From positions 62,001-126,000 of the forward strand of contig NW_015167538.1 of NCBI RefSeq assembly GCF_001447785.1: a stretch of DNA of 64,000 bases. Direction: 5' to 3'. The translations under genes were made by a program, and so were the position numbers. The notes under the pieces were generated by a model. That model ran no database searches, was not told where the DNA came from, and was given only the letters and a program-made list of their open reading frames with translations. Source of the DNA: Gekko japonicus. Lineage: Eukaryota. The stretch's first letter is position 1; each line of letters starts with the position of its first letter. Positions 23,754-36,441 of this stretch are shown piece by piece.

Positions 23754-23824
23754 TCACTCCCTTAATTCTTCTTCCTTTGGAAAGTGCTCTTGTTTGCAAG
23801 CCACATCCACTAGCAGGTGTAGAT
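23754..23824 (-). CDS. HSF5: HSF5 last coding exon with stop codon
   Basis: Acceptor TTCTTCCTAG|AT; DLHLLVDVACKQEHFPKEEELRE-TGA, matching the recalled HSF5 C-terminus. Confidence 0.93.
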
Positions 23825-25030
23825 CTAGGAAGAATGGAAAGGGCATTTCAGTATTTGCCTTTTCCAGGAGGATTATGGACTTACATCTTACATTGCAGCC
23901 ACCTGTAAAAACAGCAACAACCACTTACCCCTTGTAAACAACCTTCAGGAGGGGACAAAGGGATGGGAGGGAAGGGAGCACTGAATTTCTCCCCAAACTG
24001 TCACTTGCCCGTTAAGGTGTTTTTTCTCCTGTAGGATTTCAGGCTTATGTTAGCGAGGAGTAATTTATTTATTTTATTTCATTAGATATTAGATTAAGTT
24101 CTTTACACCCTGCTTTCCCCAGTGGGGACCAAAAGTGGTTTGCAACATTGTTCTCCCTTCCTCCATTTATCCCAAGGCCACCCAGAAAGCTTCTTTGGCA
24201 GAAAGGCAATTTGAACCTTGGTCTCCTAGTTCCATGTCCAACACTCTAACCACTACACCATGATGGTTCCCAGCAAGAAAAAAATTAGACCCCTCCAGGT
24301 AATAGGAGGGGATTTTGTCACACACGGCTGCAGTGTATTGGGTAGCTTGCTCCAGTTCTTCATAGTAACCAGACCAATATCCTAAAGTTTATTCTCATAA
24401 CTGGGGATTCACAGAGCCAAGTACAGGCCCCTTAAGAATGATTACCAGTGAGTCATAAGATCCTCCACTCTCTCTTCTCTGATCTCCACATTCTCCCCCA
24501 AACTCCTTAATCTTGGTTATGTGCTATGCAGTAACCAGGGGGTAACTGTGGCTTGCTTTCTATCCTGCATTTATAATCAGTGTCAAACCCCAGTTAGCCA
24601 TGAACTCTGGTTAGCGTTAACAACCTACCTGAATCTATCATTAACACCAGTTGGCTTATTTGGAGTTGAGCAAATAAATCCAAATAAGCCAAATAACTGG
24701 AACTCCACATCAAAATCCAATGTCTTTAATGTCACCTATACCTGTTTTTTGTTTTTTTGTCAGCAGTTCAAATAGATTCAGGAGAAAGATGTAGATTTGG
24801 GACAGTGGTGTTGAGAAAACGTTTACAACTGTATCCCACAGCACAATGATCCAGATCCGAATCTGGGACCTCCACAACTGCTTGTAATTAAAATTAAAGA
24901 TGTCAAAAGATCTGCTTGTGGCTTTCCTACGTCCCTGTCTAGTTGCACCTCAGGGCAATCATGCATACTACTGGAGCACCCACGAGAAATAAATTAGCAT
25001 TAGCAGACTCAGAAAACCTGTCATTCTTAC

Positions 25031-25208
25031 CAGGAGATTTGCCCTTCTGTGAGTTGCTCCTTCTTTCTCTGCCTTTGCTTTGGACGGAGGAAACTGAATC
25101 TTTGACAGATTTGCTGAGGGGACCCACTTCAGAAATGAGGAATCCTATCTGCTCTGAAGACACCACTGTTCCTGATGGGCTTGTCTGACACTTGATGTTG
25201 GGATTGTC
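25031..25208 (-). CDS. HSF5: HSF5 coding exon 5
   Basis: Acceptor TTTTTTAAG|GAC; DNPNIKCQTSPSGTVVSSEQIGFLISEVGPLSK...RSNSQKGKSP; donor CCTG|GTAAGA (phase 1). Confidence 0.92.
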
Positions 25209-25582
25209 CTTAAAAAACAAACCATGACAGAAATTGATTTTAGGGCAGGGTGGAATGTTTATTTCATAAGATGTTTATGCAATGGCCTGTTCCAATATCC
25301 CTTTGAAGACCTTACTCTTCAGTAAAGAATGTCTCTCAACTAAGTCCAAGTGGTGGTCTAAATATTTGAATGGAATCTCATGATTCAAGCTATGAAATAG
25401 TTAAAACAATGTATGTGCTACTTCAAACTCCTGGAAAGCAACCACTGGACAGTGCTGTAAAATATGCTAATATATCAATGGTGAATCTGATACCAATTTA
25501 AGCACAGGCTTAAACAAAAGAATCTTTGGATGTGGCTTTCCTTGCAGAATGGTCTACAGCTATGTATCATCTTACTCCATAC

Positions 25583-26110
25583 CTGCTGCTGATTGAAGGG
25601 AAGTTCCTCCTGTACAAACACCATGGATGACTGCGCCGAAGTTTGGTTCAGTTGTTCCTTCAGTTTCACTTGTGTCTGCTGGGTGGCTGCACATTGTGGC
25701 ATCATCTGTGCAGAAGCATTCTCCACAGGTTCAGTGGTGTGGATCGTGTAAATAAACTCTGGAGACTGTGGTAGAGAGCAGGCTATCGCTTGATCAGATT
25801 CCACCACAAAGGACGTAATATCAGAGCTGACAGGAGTCAGAGGTTCAAGGTGGCTGGCTTGACTGGAAGGTGCCTCACTGTTCCCTGGATTGATGAGCAA
25901 CTGCTGGCCTCGGTTGGGCTGTGAGGCTGGACCATGGTTCTCCACTGGCTCCACCTTTACCATTTCCAGTTTGGGAGAGGAATGCATCTCATCCACAATC
26001 TGGAAGACGGCCTCCAAGTTGACTTCTGTCTTCTTGGTTTCATCAGAAGGGTTGCAGGGCCAATTTGAAGGCAAAAATTCAACTGGGTATGAAGACTGCA
26101 TTGGTGGATT
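25583..26110 (-). CDS. HSF5: HSF5 coding exon 4
   Basis: Acceptor CTCTCCAG|AAT; NPPMQSSYPVEFLPSNWPC...KTEVNLEAVFQIVDEMHSSPKLEMVKVEPVEN...QEELPFNQQQ; donor CAG|GTATGG; 528 nt, phase 0 to 0. Confidence 0.93.
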
Positions 26111-28692
26111 CTGGAGAGGCAAAAGACAATGGCGTGGAATAACAGTAATAATACTTGTTTTGCTCAGTTCTTCAAAAGCCTGCATTTTCCCAACAACCAG
26201 TTTCTCTGAGTTGTCCGTGTCCATTTTGGAACACCTTAAATCGTCACAACATTAGAAGCAGCTGACTCATTCATTATTCTTTACTCTAAAGCACTCTTTC
26301 CACTGTGTTCTACTATATTTTTTATTAAATAAAACAAGAAGGGGAACCAGAAGGACTTGTGGGGGAAGGGAACTCCTAATTATCCCCCACTGCGCCCCGC
26401 TTCTTCTTCTCTTACTCTGGCTGTGATTGCACACCCCACATGCCCAGCCACCAAATCATTATTACCATAATTCCTCAACTAATCACCAAGTTTCCCATCC
26501 TTTTCTCAATTTCTGTCTTTTCTGCCCACTTCTGCCCGATCTCCAGTTTTCTTCCTCCTTCCCCTTGACCAATTCCTACTATTAAAAATGTTTCTATGTT
26601 TTTCTCTCACACACATCTGTGAATGCAAAGATGCTGCAGGCTGCTTTTTGTGGGTTTCAAACCTCCAATGAGTTTTCAAAATAAGCTTTTATATTTTCCT
26701 GCAAACCTGGGGATTAACCCAGGATTGCAGAAATGTATACTCGGTTATGGTAGTTTCCCCTTCCTACTGTAGCAGACTCTAGTTCTGGGTGGCTCCCTTG
26801 TGGATTTTCTTGTGATCCACATGGAGGGGCCACCCATTGCTATCAGATATGATTCATCAGTAGGATGGAGGAGAAAAGGGGTGGAGGATCAAAGGGAGCC
26901 TGTGGGGTTCTTTGACATTCCTCAAGATCAGCACTGTTTTGTTTATTAAAGCCATGAACAAATTTGTTTTCTTACAAGCCAGCATTCTACATTATGTATA
27001 TGGCCTTGCTCTTTCAAGGTTTTGCTGAACAATGCATAATTTGTTATGTAGAAAGGAATATCTTTTACTTTCTTTTCAACGGTGTTTTTTCTTTAAACAG
27101 AAAGAAGCGCACTGTGTATTACCAACCCCTTAAATTCTGTAACGCTGTCCTTCCCCCAGTGATATGAGCATAAATAAATAAAGAGGAGGTTGTTCATTTG
27201 TTTCACTCTTTGCATTTTAATATTAGCTGTGCTATTTCAATCATTAATGCTGTAGCAGAGATTCCATTTGGACAGGACTGTTCCTCTCCCATTGGCTTTC
27301 CTGTGCGTGACAGACTGTGCGTGCCTAAAATGGCTGCCATTGCTTGTAATGCTCCATCTTCCTGTACAGGATATTTGCTCTAATAAATGACACAGGTGAA
27401 GCTGCTGTTATGAACGGAAGATCTTTAGCAGCTTTCCTGGCCTCAGTCTCCAATGAATTGTTGGCTGTGCCTGACATTTGGTGAGGCGGCACATGATGAG
27501 CCTTGTGTGGCACTGGGGCCTCTTGCACACAAGCCGCTGAGGAGACCCTTGGAGAACCTTCTGCCATGCTCTCTCTTCTTGGAAAATGGTCTGCTTTTGC
27601 CCAGTACTGACAGCTACAACAGTCAGGGGAAATGGCATTTTGTCACAGCTAGCCACCACCATTTGTAAACATGTCCAAAGTATAATGTGGTTGTGAGATT
27701 GCTGCAGACATCCCCCCCCCAGGATGTCCTTAAGAAATGGCAAGCAGTGCTCTCTCTCACACACACACACCAATGTAATTTTGTTAATTTTATACTTCTT
27801 TAGTGGCCACGCTTCAGTGTGGATGCCTTGCATTTGGTTGAGGCCTTAACTATAGCCACTGAGGTGGTGCTTCACCTTTGAGTTGTGGGCTTTGTTTGCA
27901 CCAGGGAGCAACAAATGCAATGATACTGAAGCAACACCTCACCTTTTCTCCTAATGAGGGAGGAATGGAGAGAATCAGAAGAGATGGGAAGTGGCTGAGG
28001 AGAAAGTGAGGGTGGGTTGAGAAAGGAGATAAGAAAGAAATTAGGCAAGAGAAATGTCTTTTTCTTTAAGGAACAACCCTTGATGGTAAAGGTTGAGACC
28101 AAAGAGCTAAACCTAGTGCTCTGCAGAGCTCGTGCGAAGAAAACTGGGAGATTAGTCCTCCAGTAAGAGATTGATTAAAGTTCAGTTAAGAATTTTAAGC
28201 CCTGCCTGCTATGAGCATATGAGAGGAGTAACCTGCATAAGTGATATCCTCCTCCACTGGTGGAGAATAACTATTTACATTAACTGAATTATGGATCTAT
28301 ATGAAATAAGAAGTTAAAAACAACCATTCTCTACAGTTGCGAATTAGACATTTTAAAATCCCTTTGCCAAAGAAGTATTTCCAGGATCTATTCATACTGT
28401 TCTGTAACTGTCAGGCAGGAAAATACAAATGATGACCCTTCTATTCATTGATTTCCCCCCCATCTCTCCATAGCTAGTTTCTAATGTATTGATGCAAATG
28501 ATATGAAGGTGAAACTTCCGCCTCACGATCCAAAGAACTGTGCAGCTTGTTCCATGCACCGGAGGAAGGTTTAGCCTTATGTTCCTAAATTTGCACTTCT
28601 ACCTTCCATGTCATATGGCGAACTACTTTTGAATTTGGGAGGAATTTCAAAAATAGTTTGAGATGACAGCGCCTTGTGCTTTTGAAAGGGAA

Positions 28693-29040
28693 GGACCTTG
28701 GCTCAGTGGCGCATGGCGCAGGGCAGCATGGGCGCGCCACGCACAGCAAGTTGGGGCTTTTGATGGTGGCGGGGGGCGGCAGCAGGGCAGTTCGGAGGCA
28801 CCCTCCTCCAGGGGCCCGCTCTAGGTGAAAGTCTAGTTCACCTAGCGGGTGAGCCGGCCCTGTCAGTAGTATAGCATCTGCTTGGCATGCAGAAGGTCTC
28901 AGGTTCAATCCGCAGCATCAGGTAGTAAGTGATGTGAAAGACCTCTGCCTGAGACCCTGGAAAGCCACTGCCAGTCTGAGTAGACAATACTGACCCTGAT
29001 GGACCAATGGTTGGATTCAGTATAAGACAGCTTCATGTAC
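28693..29040 (+). mobile_element. tRNA-derived SINE (Squam2-like) interrupted by a hAT D fragment
   Basis: A box GGCTCAGTGG at about 28700; resumes at 28863 with AGCATCTGCTTGGCATGCAGAAGGTCTCAGGTTCAATCC. Confidence 0.75.
28711..28862. mobile_element. hAT family D, one-ended copy inserted in the head of a tRNA-derived SINE
   Basis: Right end ...CTAGTTCACCTAGCGGGTGAGCCGGCCCTG matches 43543-43766; flanks tcagtggc/tcagtagt. Confidence 0.7.
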
Positions 29041-29128
29041 ATGTCATGTAAGAGGAGGCAAATCCCCCATTCAGCATACTGAAAACAGTTGATGGATCCC
29101 AGCCTTGTGTTCCACTTACTAGACTCAC

Positions 29129-29226
29129 CTGGAAATAGCTGCAATGTGTATAGGTTGAGGCTGTAGGGCTGGCACAACCACTTAAGGGATCCATATGGGT
29201 AGGTGGAGAGCAGCACTGTAATACAG
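29129..29226 (-). CDS. HSF5: HSF5 coding exon 3 (absent from the ORF track)
   Basis: Acceptor TTCTTTCCAG|CT; AVLQCCSPPTHMDPLSGCASPTASTYTHCSYFQ; donor CAG|GTGAGT; 98 nt, phase 1 to 0. Confidence 0.93.
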
Positions 29227-29684
29227 CTGGAAAGAACGAAAAAGATTAAAAAGTAAAAGGCCTTCCCAGGTATACCAAATTTCTGTATTTTTTCTTTAGC
29301 CCTGTATTTATACTAGTACTTGTGTAGCACGGAATACCAACAACCCTGCTTGTGATACCGCCTTTAAAAAAATCACAGAGATGCATGCCACAACATGGGA
29401 GTAAGAGAGCTTGCAAAGTAAAAAGCGAAAATACTTTTTAAAATGTTACCAGTGAAAAGGATAGGCTTGCTGATGTTTGCTACAATGTTCATTGGTCAAG
29501 GGCTTGATGAACATAACCGTGCTTCAGTTGGTCACTAAAAAATTACAAAATTCACAAAATTCTATTGGTGTGTGTATGTGTGAGCACTGCTTTTGAAGTT
29601 TTGGGCATCCTGACAAAAAGTGTCTGTGACAATCTTGCAACTACATTACAGATGTTTACAATGGTGGTGGCTAGATGGAGAGAG

Positions 29685-29735
29685 GGAGGAAGGAAGGAAG
29701 GAAGGAAGCAAGGAAGGAAGGAAGGAAGGAAGGGA
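29685..29735. repeat. (GGAA)n microsatellite
   Basis: Imperfect GGAA run. Confidence 0.9.
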
Positions 29736-30878
29736 GAGACATATCAGCTTCTGAAACAAATTAGTGATTACTCCACAGTTTGCCATAAACTGGTTATTGG
29801 GAAAATGAAATGATGGCTTATTTCCTAGAAACACTGGAAAACAGTTCACTACTGGAAATCCACACTATGATATGCTCCAAAGAAAACAGAAGGAAGTCAT
29901 GTGCCCCATGATAGAGGTACCTACAGAGCAAGGGAAAGGTTTTAATCAAATCAAATATTGATAGTCTTAATTAGCACACAAGCAATTTGCTTGCGGAACT
30001 AGCAAAAAAGACCCTCAAGGAAATTCCTTCAAAGCTCCAAATGTGTTGATCAGCTAGACTCTGAGAAGCTTCGGCCAATGCAAAACTGGACCTCGAAGAT
30101 CACACACTCTCAGCCTAACCTAACTCAAAGGATTGTTGTAGAGATAAAACAGAGGAGAGGAGAACAATGTCTGCAGCTGTGGATACCATTGGGGAGATAC
30201 CCTTGCCCAAATGTATTGGATATCTTTCAACTTGAACTTTTGAACTCCCTCCCCAGATCTCTCTCTCTCTCTCTGTCTTCCATCAATGGATTAAGACTTT
30301 TTTGTTTTGTTTAATGTACCCCAATTAAGTGTTACTGGTCAGACTGACAATTTTGGATTGGGAAATTACTTTCGGGGGCAGAGTCTGGGAGGGTGGGGTT
30401 TCGTGAGAGGAGGAACATAAACAGGGTAGAATGCCATAGAGCTCACCCTCCAAAGCAGCCATTATCTCCAGGAAAACTGATTTCTGCAGACTGAAAGTCA
30501 GTTGTAATTCAAGGAGATCTCCAGGCCCCACCTGGAAGTAGGCAACCATATCTACTGCTCCCCACTTGTTATGTTTAGATGTTTTCAGTTATTTGTCTCA
30601 TTCTTCTTCTTCTTCATGGTCTCTGTACAGCACACCCCACCTGAAGACTGGCAACCCTGTCCAAGTCACAGCAGATACAAGAAATTTTGTCTACAAAGTG
30701 CTTGGGCACACAATTGCAATTGGGCTGCAGAGTAGTCTGCCTCCTGCTATAGACCAGTTTCTACACATGGACTGAGTCTGAGAGCTAGCAACTTGCTCCA
30801 GCCATCTCAGTCACTGGGTGACCCGGCATTTGAATCCAGACTAGCAAGGGTTGAACACAGACCAGCCTAGTGTGCACA

Positions 30879-31054
30879 TAGGGTTGCCAGCTCTGGGTTG
30901 GGAAATACCTGGGGAAGGTCCTTGGCAGGTTATAATGCCATAGAGTCCACCCTCCAAAGAAGCCATTTTCTCCAGGGGGACGGATCTTGGTCGTCTGGAG
31001 ATCAACTGTAATAGCGGGAGATCTCCAGTCACCACCTGGAGACTGGCAACCCAA
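30879..31054. mobile_element. hAT MITE family E copy
   Basis: TAGGGTTGCCAG...CTGGCAACCCAA; TSD tgtgcaca/tgtgcatg. Confidence 0.8.
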
Positions 31055-33257
31055 TGTGCATGAAATGTATCTTACTGATGGACAAATGGAAAGCGAAAGA
31101 GCGAAGTGTGTCCCTCAGTGGAAAACAGACTCTGCTAAGAGCTCTAAATTATTTTACCCTATTGTAAGTGATATTTATCTTTACCAAATTCTCATTTTGC
31201 ATCTCTGCACGGTCAAATGTCAAGTATCCTACTGTTCATGTGCAACATATTCATATAGCCTCTATTAGCAGTCTGCTTGCTCTGTCGTGATAGGCTCTAC
31301 AAATGTATCCTGGCATACTTCTCAGTTGTAGCTAGCTTTCCCCCGTTGGGGAAGATGTAAGAGCACAGGGTCACCTTGCACTAGACAAACTGTGGAAGGC
31401 TGAAAATAGGCTTGCAGCCAAGAATTTCAGCTTAACTGGGTTCTGGAGACAGCCAAACAGATGCTGCTGGTACACTGTCACCCACTTCTTTCCTATCTGC
31501 GGTAATTTCTTGCTGGAATGTATGCTATTAGCAAAGTCTATTGGGGACAGCTTTTTATAGACAAAAACTTGCCCAGAGAAGGGTTTTCCCCCCATTCTCT
31601 TTCCCATGAAAAAGTTACTTTACTTCAGTAAACATACAGTAGTCTCACAACACTAAAGACGCAACAACACCTAGTTTATTTTTAAACTGTTTCATAAAAA
31701 CAGTTAAGGCTATGATGATTTAAAACATCAAAACCCTTTGAAATAATATATGAAACAGTAAAATTAAAAACAAAAAAACAAAAACAGAGTTGGAGGCCGA
31801 AAAAACCCGAAGTCTATGCAGCTTTTCTCATTCAGAAAAACAGTCTGATTGCATGTTTTCTACTCTTCATCACTAGAATATATAATTTGTTTGCTTCACA
31901 GGTTCTGGGAATAACCATGTCTGCACTGAAGGATTCCCAGACCAACACTGAACATTTTTGGCCAGGTGCCTGCTTGGGATGGTGGTAAAATAGGACAGTG
32001 CTCAATGGTGGGTTAATGCTTCATCTATACAGGTTTATTTGCTAAGGCAAAAGGCCTTAGGGCTGCAAGCTGAGTGAGTACATGTGAAAGATCCATGTTA
32101 TTGCCAATCTCTAGGTGGGGCCTGGAGACCTCCTGGAATTACAACTGATCTCCAGATGACAGATATCATTTCCCCTGGAGGAAATGGCTGCTTTGGAGGA
32201 TGGCCTCTATGGCATTATTCCCCAAACCCTGTCTTCCTCAGACTCCACCCCCAAAATCAACAGGTTATTTCCCAGTTGGCAACCCTGCATGTACCTGATA
32301 AAAGGGACAGTGTTTGAAGTATATGCATGTTATTATTTTTTTTTTATCATGAGTGCCAGGGAACCATTCAAGAGTATGCAGGAACCCACCACTGCTACCT
32401 ACGCCACGTATCTACAACTTACGCAAGCTTTCTAAAAGACAACTGCTATGCTTATAGTGGATACATAGCGCAGGCCTGTGAGTGATGTGGAACCTTGCAA
32501 AGTAGCCCTTAGGCATGAACCCTTAAGTTTAAACACAATACTTTTCTTATATAATTTAACATCATTAAAGGAATGTACCGGTTTATCAGGTATCATATTC
32601 AAGACCATCTAACTGCAAATGTGCTGTGAGACTGCAAGTATGCAGCAGCTACCACTGTCACTCTGTGATGAAAAGAAGAGAGAAAACTCTACAGAGGGAG
32701 CACAGACCTGTAATAGGACATCTGCTGTGCATGCAGGGAACCCTAAGTCCAATCCCTGGCATCTCTCTGCTTAAAATAAAGGACCTAAAGAAGCCTGAGA
32801 AAGACTTTTCTCCTCAGGTATCTGATTCTGAGGCCTTGGACAGCCATCGCCAATGATAGCAGACAACTGGATGGACCAAGAGCCTGAATTAGTGTAAGAC
32901 AACTTTGTAACTTCCCTTTGACAAATACAAAACTAAAGCAGTAAGATCTATTACAAATGGAATGGAACTTCTACCAAAAAAAAATCCATTATGAACCAGA
33001 CAACTGAACCCAATCTAACAGAAAGAAAACATGCTTAAGGTAACTGAAAGTTGTGAGTATAAGTGTCAGACAGTAGCCATAAAGTCTTCTGCAAAAAATG
33101 ACCATTCCTTTTGTCCTTTTCAAACTGGGTATTTGTTTTAGGCTTCAGGCCAGGGTGTTAAAAAGAAGAACAGCCTCTTCTGCTGTTTTAAAGCAATTTT
33201 CTTATTTCCATTTACTATATATTGAAATAAAAACACACTGCTGAAAAATACTGTTAC

Positions 33258-33626
33258 CTGTCGGGTAGTAGGCTTGGGAGTAGGGTGCCGAAGCTGCATA
33301 GCTGCCATACTTCTGAGAAGAGGTGGCCATCGTCTGGGGCCCTTGCTGTATGTGCACAGATGTAGTGCTGGGCTGCAGAGTGTAAGTGACCTCTGTCGGA
33401 AACCTCTGGAGCACAGGGAAGGGAACCCCTTTGTCTGAAAAAGTAGATGCCTCCACCTGCCCTGGGAGCATCCCAAGGGAGTTTGGCCATGTTCTGGGAG
33501 GAAGAGGAGTCCGATCTGATCCTTTCAATGGGAAAGCATTTTGGTTGTGCGACGGTGACAGGTAGGAGTACGGAGATAAGGTGTCCCGCCGAAAAGACCG
33601 GTGAAACTGCCCTAGAGTCAGTGATG
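33258..33626 (-). CDS. HSF5: HSF5 coding exon 2
   Basis: Acceptor TTTGTGCAG|CA; GQFHRSFRRDTLSPYS...DKGVPFPVLQRFPTEVTYTLQPSTTSVH...YSQAYYPT; donor ACAG|GTAACA (phase 1). Confidence 0.95.
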
Positions 33627-34935
33627 CTGCACAAAGAAACAGAGGGAAGGGAGGAAAGAGATTCAGTAGGCTATGAAATGCAAGGCCAGGGGCATACAAT
33701 CAGCACAGTCCCACCACTGATTCTAAGCACTGTGGCCTGAAACACAGTGACTACATTTTATAGCAAGCAATCCTAAAAATATAACTCTAGATGTGGGCTG
33801 TGAAGGGAAAATTACCCCCTTTGAGTCAGCAAGCACATTCTCCCAAGCTTATGGCCCTGGTCAGGATGTCCTTAATTGCCAGCCCGCTCGTGGTTTTGGC
33901 ATCAGATCACCCCCAAGATATAACCACAGAGCTAAGAAAAGTCTCTAGTGGCACACAGCCTGGAACTCCAGTTCAGAATCCAAAGATGCCATTTGACTGC
34001 AAGATCTGTAGATATACAAAGGAGATTCACTCTACCCTATACTTATGGGGCAAGCCCTCAGGAATCACCATTCAATGGGCCATGTTCAAATTGATACCAG
34101 AAGTACCCTGTCAGCCAGGGTTTAGGGAACTATTGGATCAGTGTGCTGTGGATGGAGCATACCACACAAGAGGGATGGCATCCCAAGAGCAAAGGGTCTA
34201 TTCACACAGATAATTTCTGTGCAGGGAAACTGCTCAGCTTATGCCAAGCAGGACAAGCTATTTTGCCACATTTGCTGGATTCCTGTCAAGGCTCCACAGA
34301 GCAAAACAGACATGTCTGCATTTATCATACAATACGCATGACGGTTTCCCACATGGATGTGACCTTTTGTGTATGAAAATCATCTTATACAGAGTCCCAA
34401 GTAAAGGTTGTTGCTAGAGAAGACAGCTGGCCAAGGCAAACACACGACTCTCCTACAGTGGGGACAGCCTTTATCTCCCTGGTTTCAGGGCCAGCTCCAA
34501 CAGGCATCATGGACATTTCTACCTTGGCTCCCTAACCACACACAAACAAAAACTGGAGGGAATATGCTTGGGGAATGGTTTACCAAGTGACCGTGCAGGA
34601 ATGTGTTGTGGACCTGTCCTAGTGTTCCTACCCATTTTCCTTTTTGTGTGACTCTCCTGGTGTTAACTGGCATGTGTCTTCCTTACATACAGGCACTTCT
34701 TTCTCTCAGGATTGTGGACTGTGTTTTGGAAGCTGGGCAGGGCTATTTTTGGGCAGGAACCGGAGTTCCGGCTGGCTTCCAAGTTGGCCACGCCCAGCAG
34801 GAACTCATTAGCATAATAGGCCACACCCAACATCAGAAACTCATTAGGATTGGCTACATTAGGGGTGTGTGGCCTACCATGCAAAGGAGTTCCTGCTACA
34901 AAAAAGCCCTGGGTTTTGACAACAAACAAGGTAAA

Positions 34936-36441
34936 TATTTATTTATTTATTTATTTATTTTTGGGACTTATATCCCGCCCTACACATTGTGTCTCAGGGC
35001 GGCTAACAATAGGGTATATATATATATATAAAAATTTGGCTTCCGGTCTGGCTCCCGCGAATGGCGGACGCATCCTTGGGTCGCTCCCGAGGGGCGTCTC
35101 GCCCGCCCGCGGTGGAGGAGGGAATCCGCACGAGCGGAGACCCGAACGAGCACCTCAGGATGTGAGGAGCTCGGATCCGGGGCGCTTTAGGGCGCTCGAG
35201 GGGGGGGTCTCTCTCTCAGCCGAGAGGTTGGAGACGAGGCTCCCGCCATGCCCTGCCCCTTTGGACCTTGCTGCGTGAGCGATCCCGTTTTTACGGGGTT
35301 TAGCGGGGCCACCGGACGTCACCGAGTGATAAAGCGACCATCCGAAAAAGTTGAAAAAGAAAAGATCGGCTTAACTGTGAGTTGTCAAAATGCAAAGAAA
35401 AAGATCTAAAACCGCTCCCCCCCCACCCAGCGAAAAAGGCGAGGAGGTTAACCCTCTAACTGCATAAGCGAAAAAGAAAAGGAGGGGGGGAATGGACTGA
35501 GCGAACAGCGGTGTTTTCCCTTGATGTATTTGAATTAAAGCGAGAAAAAGTTTTGTCTCTCTGGAGCACACTTTAAGAACTTTCTAAAAGTAAACAAAAA
35601 AGAAAAGATGTCGGAGCTGGGCAAAAACGAGCGGAGGAAGGGAGGGACTTCCGTCTGGGCGTTTGCTTGTGTGTGAGAGCCGGCTGTTTAGTGTTTTGGA
35701 CTGTTTATGGCTGTGAATCCGACGGGAGTTTTGTAAAACGGAAAAGTTTGAACTGTGACAGCGAGGAGTGCCTGGCAAGCGCTTATATACGTCAACAGTT
35801 TTGAGAAGGACCCAATAGAGAGTTTGGGAGCGGAAATAAAAGCGAAATTAAATTAATACCATTCTCAAAGCTGGGGACCTCCAAGGCATGAAAGGAAGAG
35901 GATTTATAATGCATGAACTGAGTGTGTTAACAGCAACCCGAAGGAGAATTTAACAAGCCGGAAGTAGAAGGCAACAGAGGAAACCCCTCCTTGTCAGCGA
36001 GTAAAAGTGCCCAACACGCAAAGAAGCGCAAAGAAGCGGTTTTGACTGTATCCAGAAGAGATATTCTTTTTTTTTATTAACAGAACTCAAGGGAACATTA
36101 CTAATATACTAACAGAGAATCACATGAGACCGGACTAAGAAAAGAAGTTTGACAACACACAGAAGAAGCCCAAGAAGATTAATTGGACATTACTAACAGT
36201 TTAATTTACCAGTTTATATATCACTCAGCTTTCTCTTTCTCCCACTGTCTACCTTTCCCTTTTTTCTTTTAAGCGAAATACCTCCCCTTTTTAGGGGAGC
36301 TAATAAAATCTTTATATATATAAAAAAAACAATAGGGTATAAAAATTTAAAACAGTAAGACAATGTTACGTACATGATAAAAATGGTGCTACAATAGTTT
36401 ACATAAAAATAACCAAGATGCGCAACAATTCACATTGGCGG
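34936..36441 (-). mobile_element. L2-type LINE 3' end, split by an inner insertion
   Basis: (TTTA)n followed by TATATCCCGCCC...CTCAGGGCGGCTAACA, the reverse complement of the squamate L2-type tail; resumes at 36349. Confidence 0.7.
35038..36327 (+). mobile_element. ORF-less L1-like retroelement (5'UTR promoter, 3' tail, poly-A) with TSD
   Basis: Starts GGCTTCCGG...AATGGCGG; CpG-rich 5' end; pyrimidine-rich 3' end with a hairpin, AATAAA at 36302 and an A tail; flanked by AACAATAGGGTATAAAAATTT duplicates. Confidence 0.7.

Noticed and set aside
25475-26224. 249-aa single-exon ORF
   Set aside because: It is HSF5 exon 4 with open intronic flanks; splice sites at 26110 and 25583 bound the homologous part.
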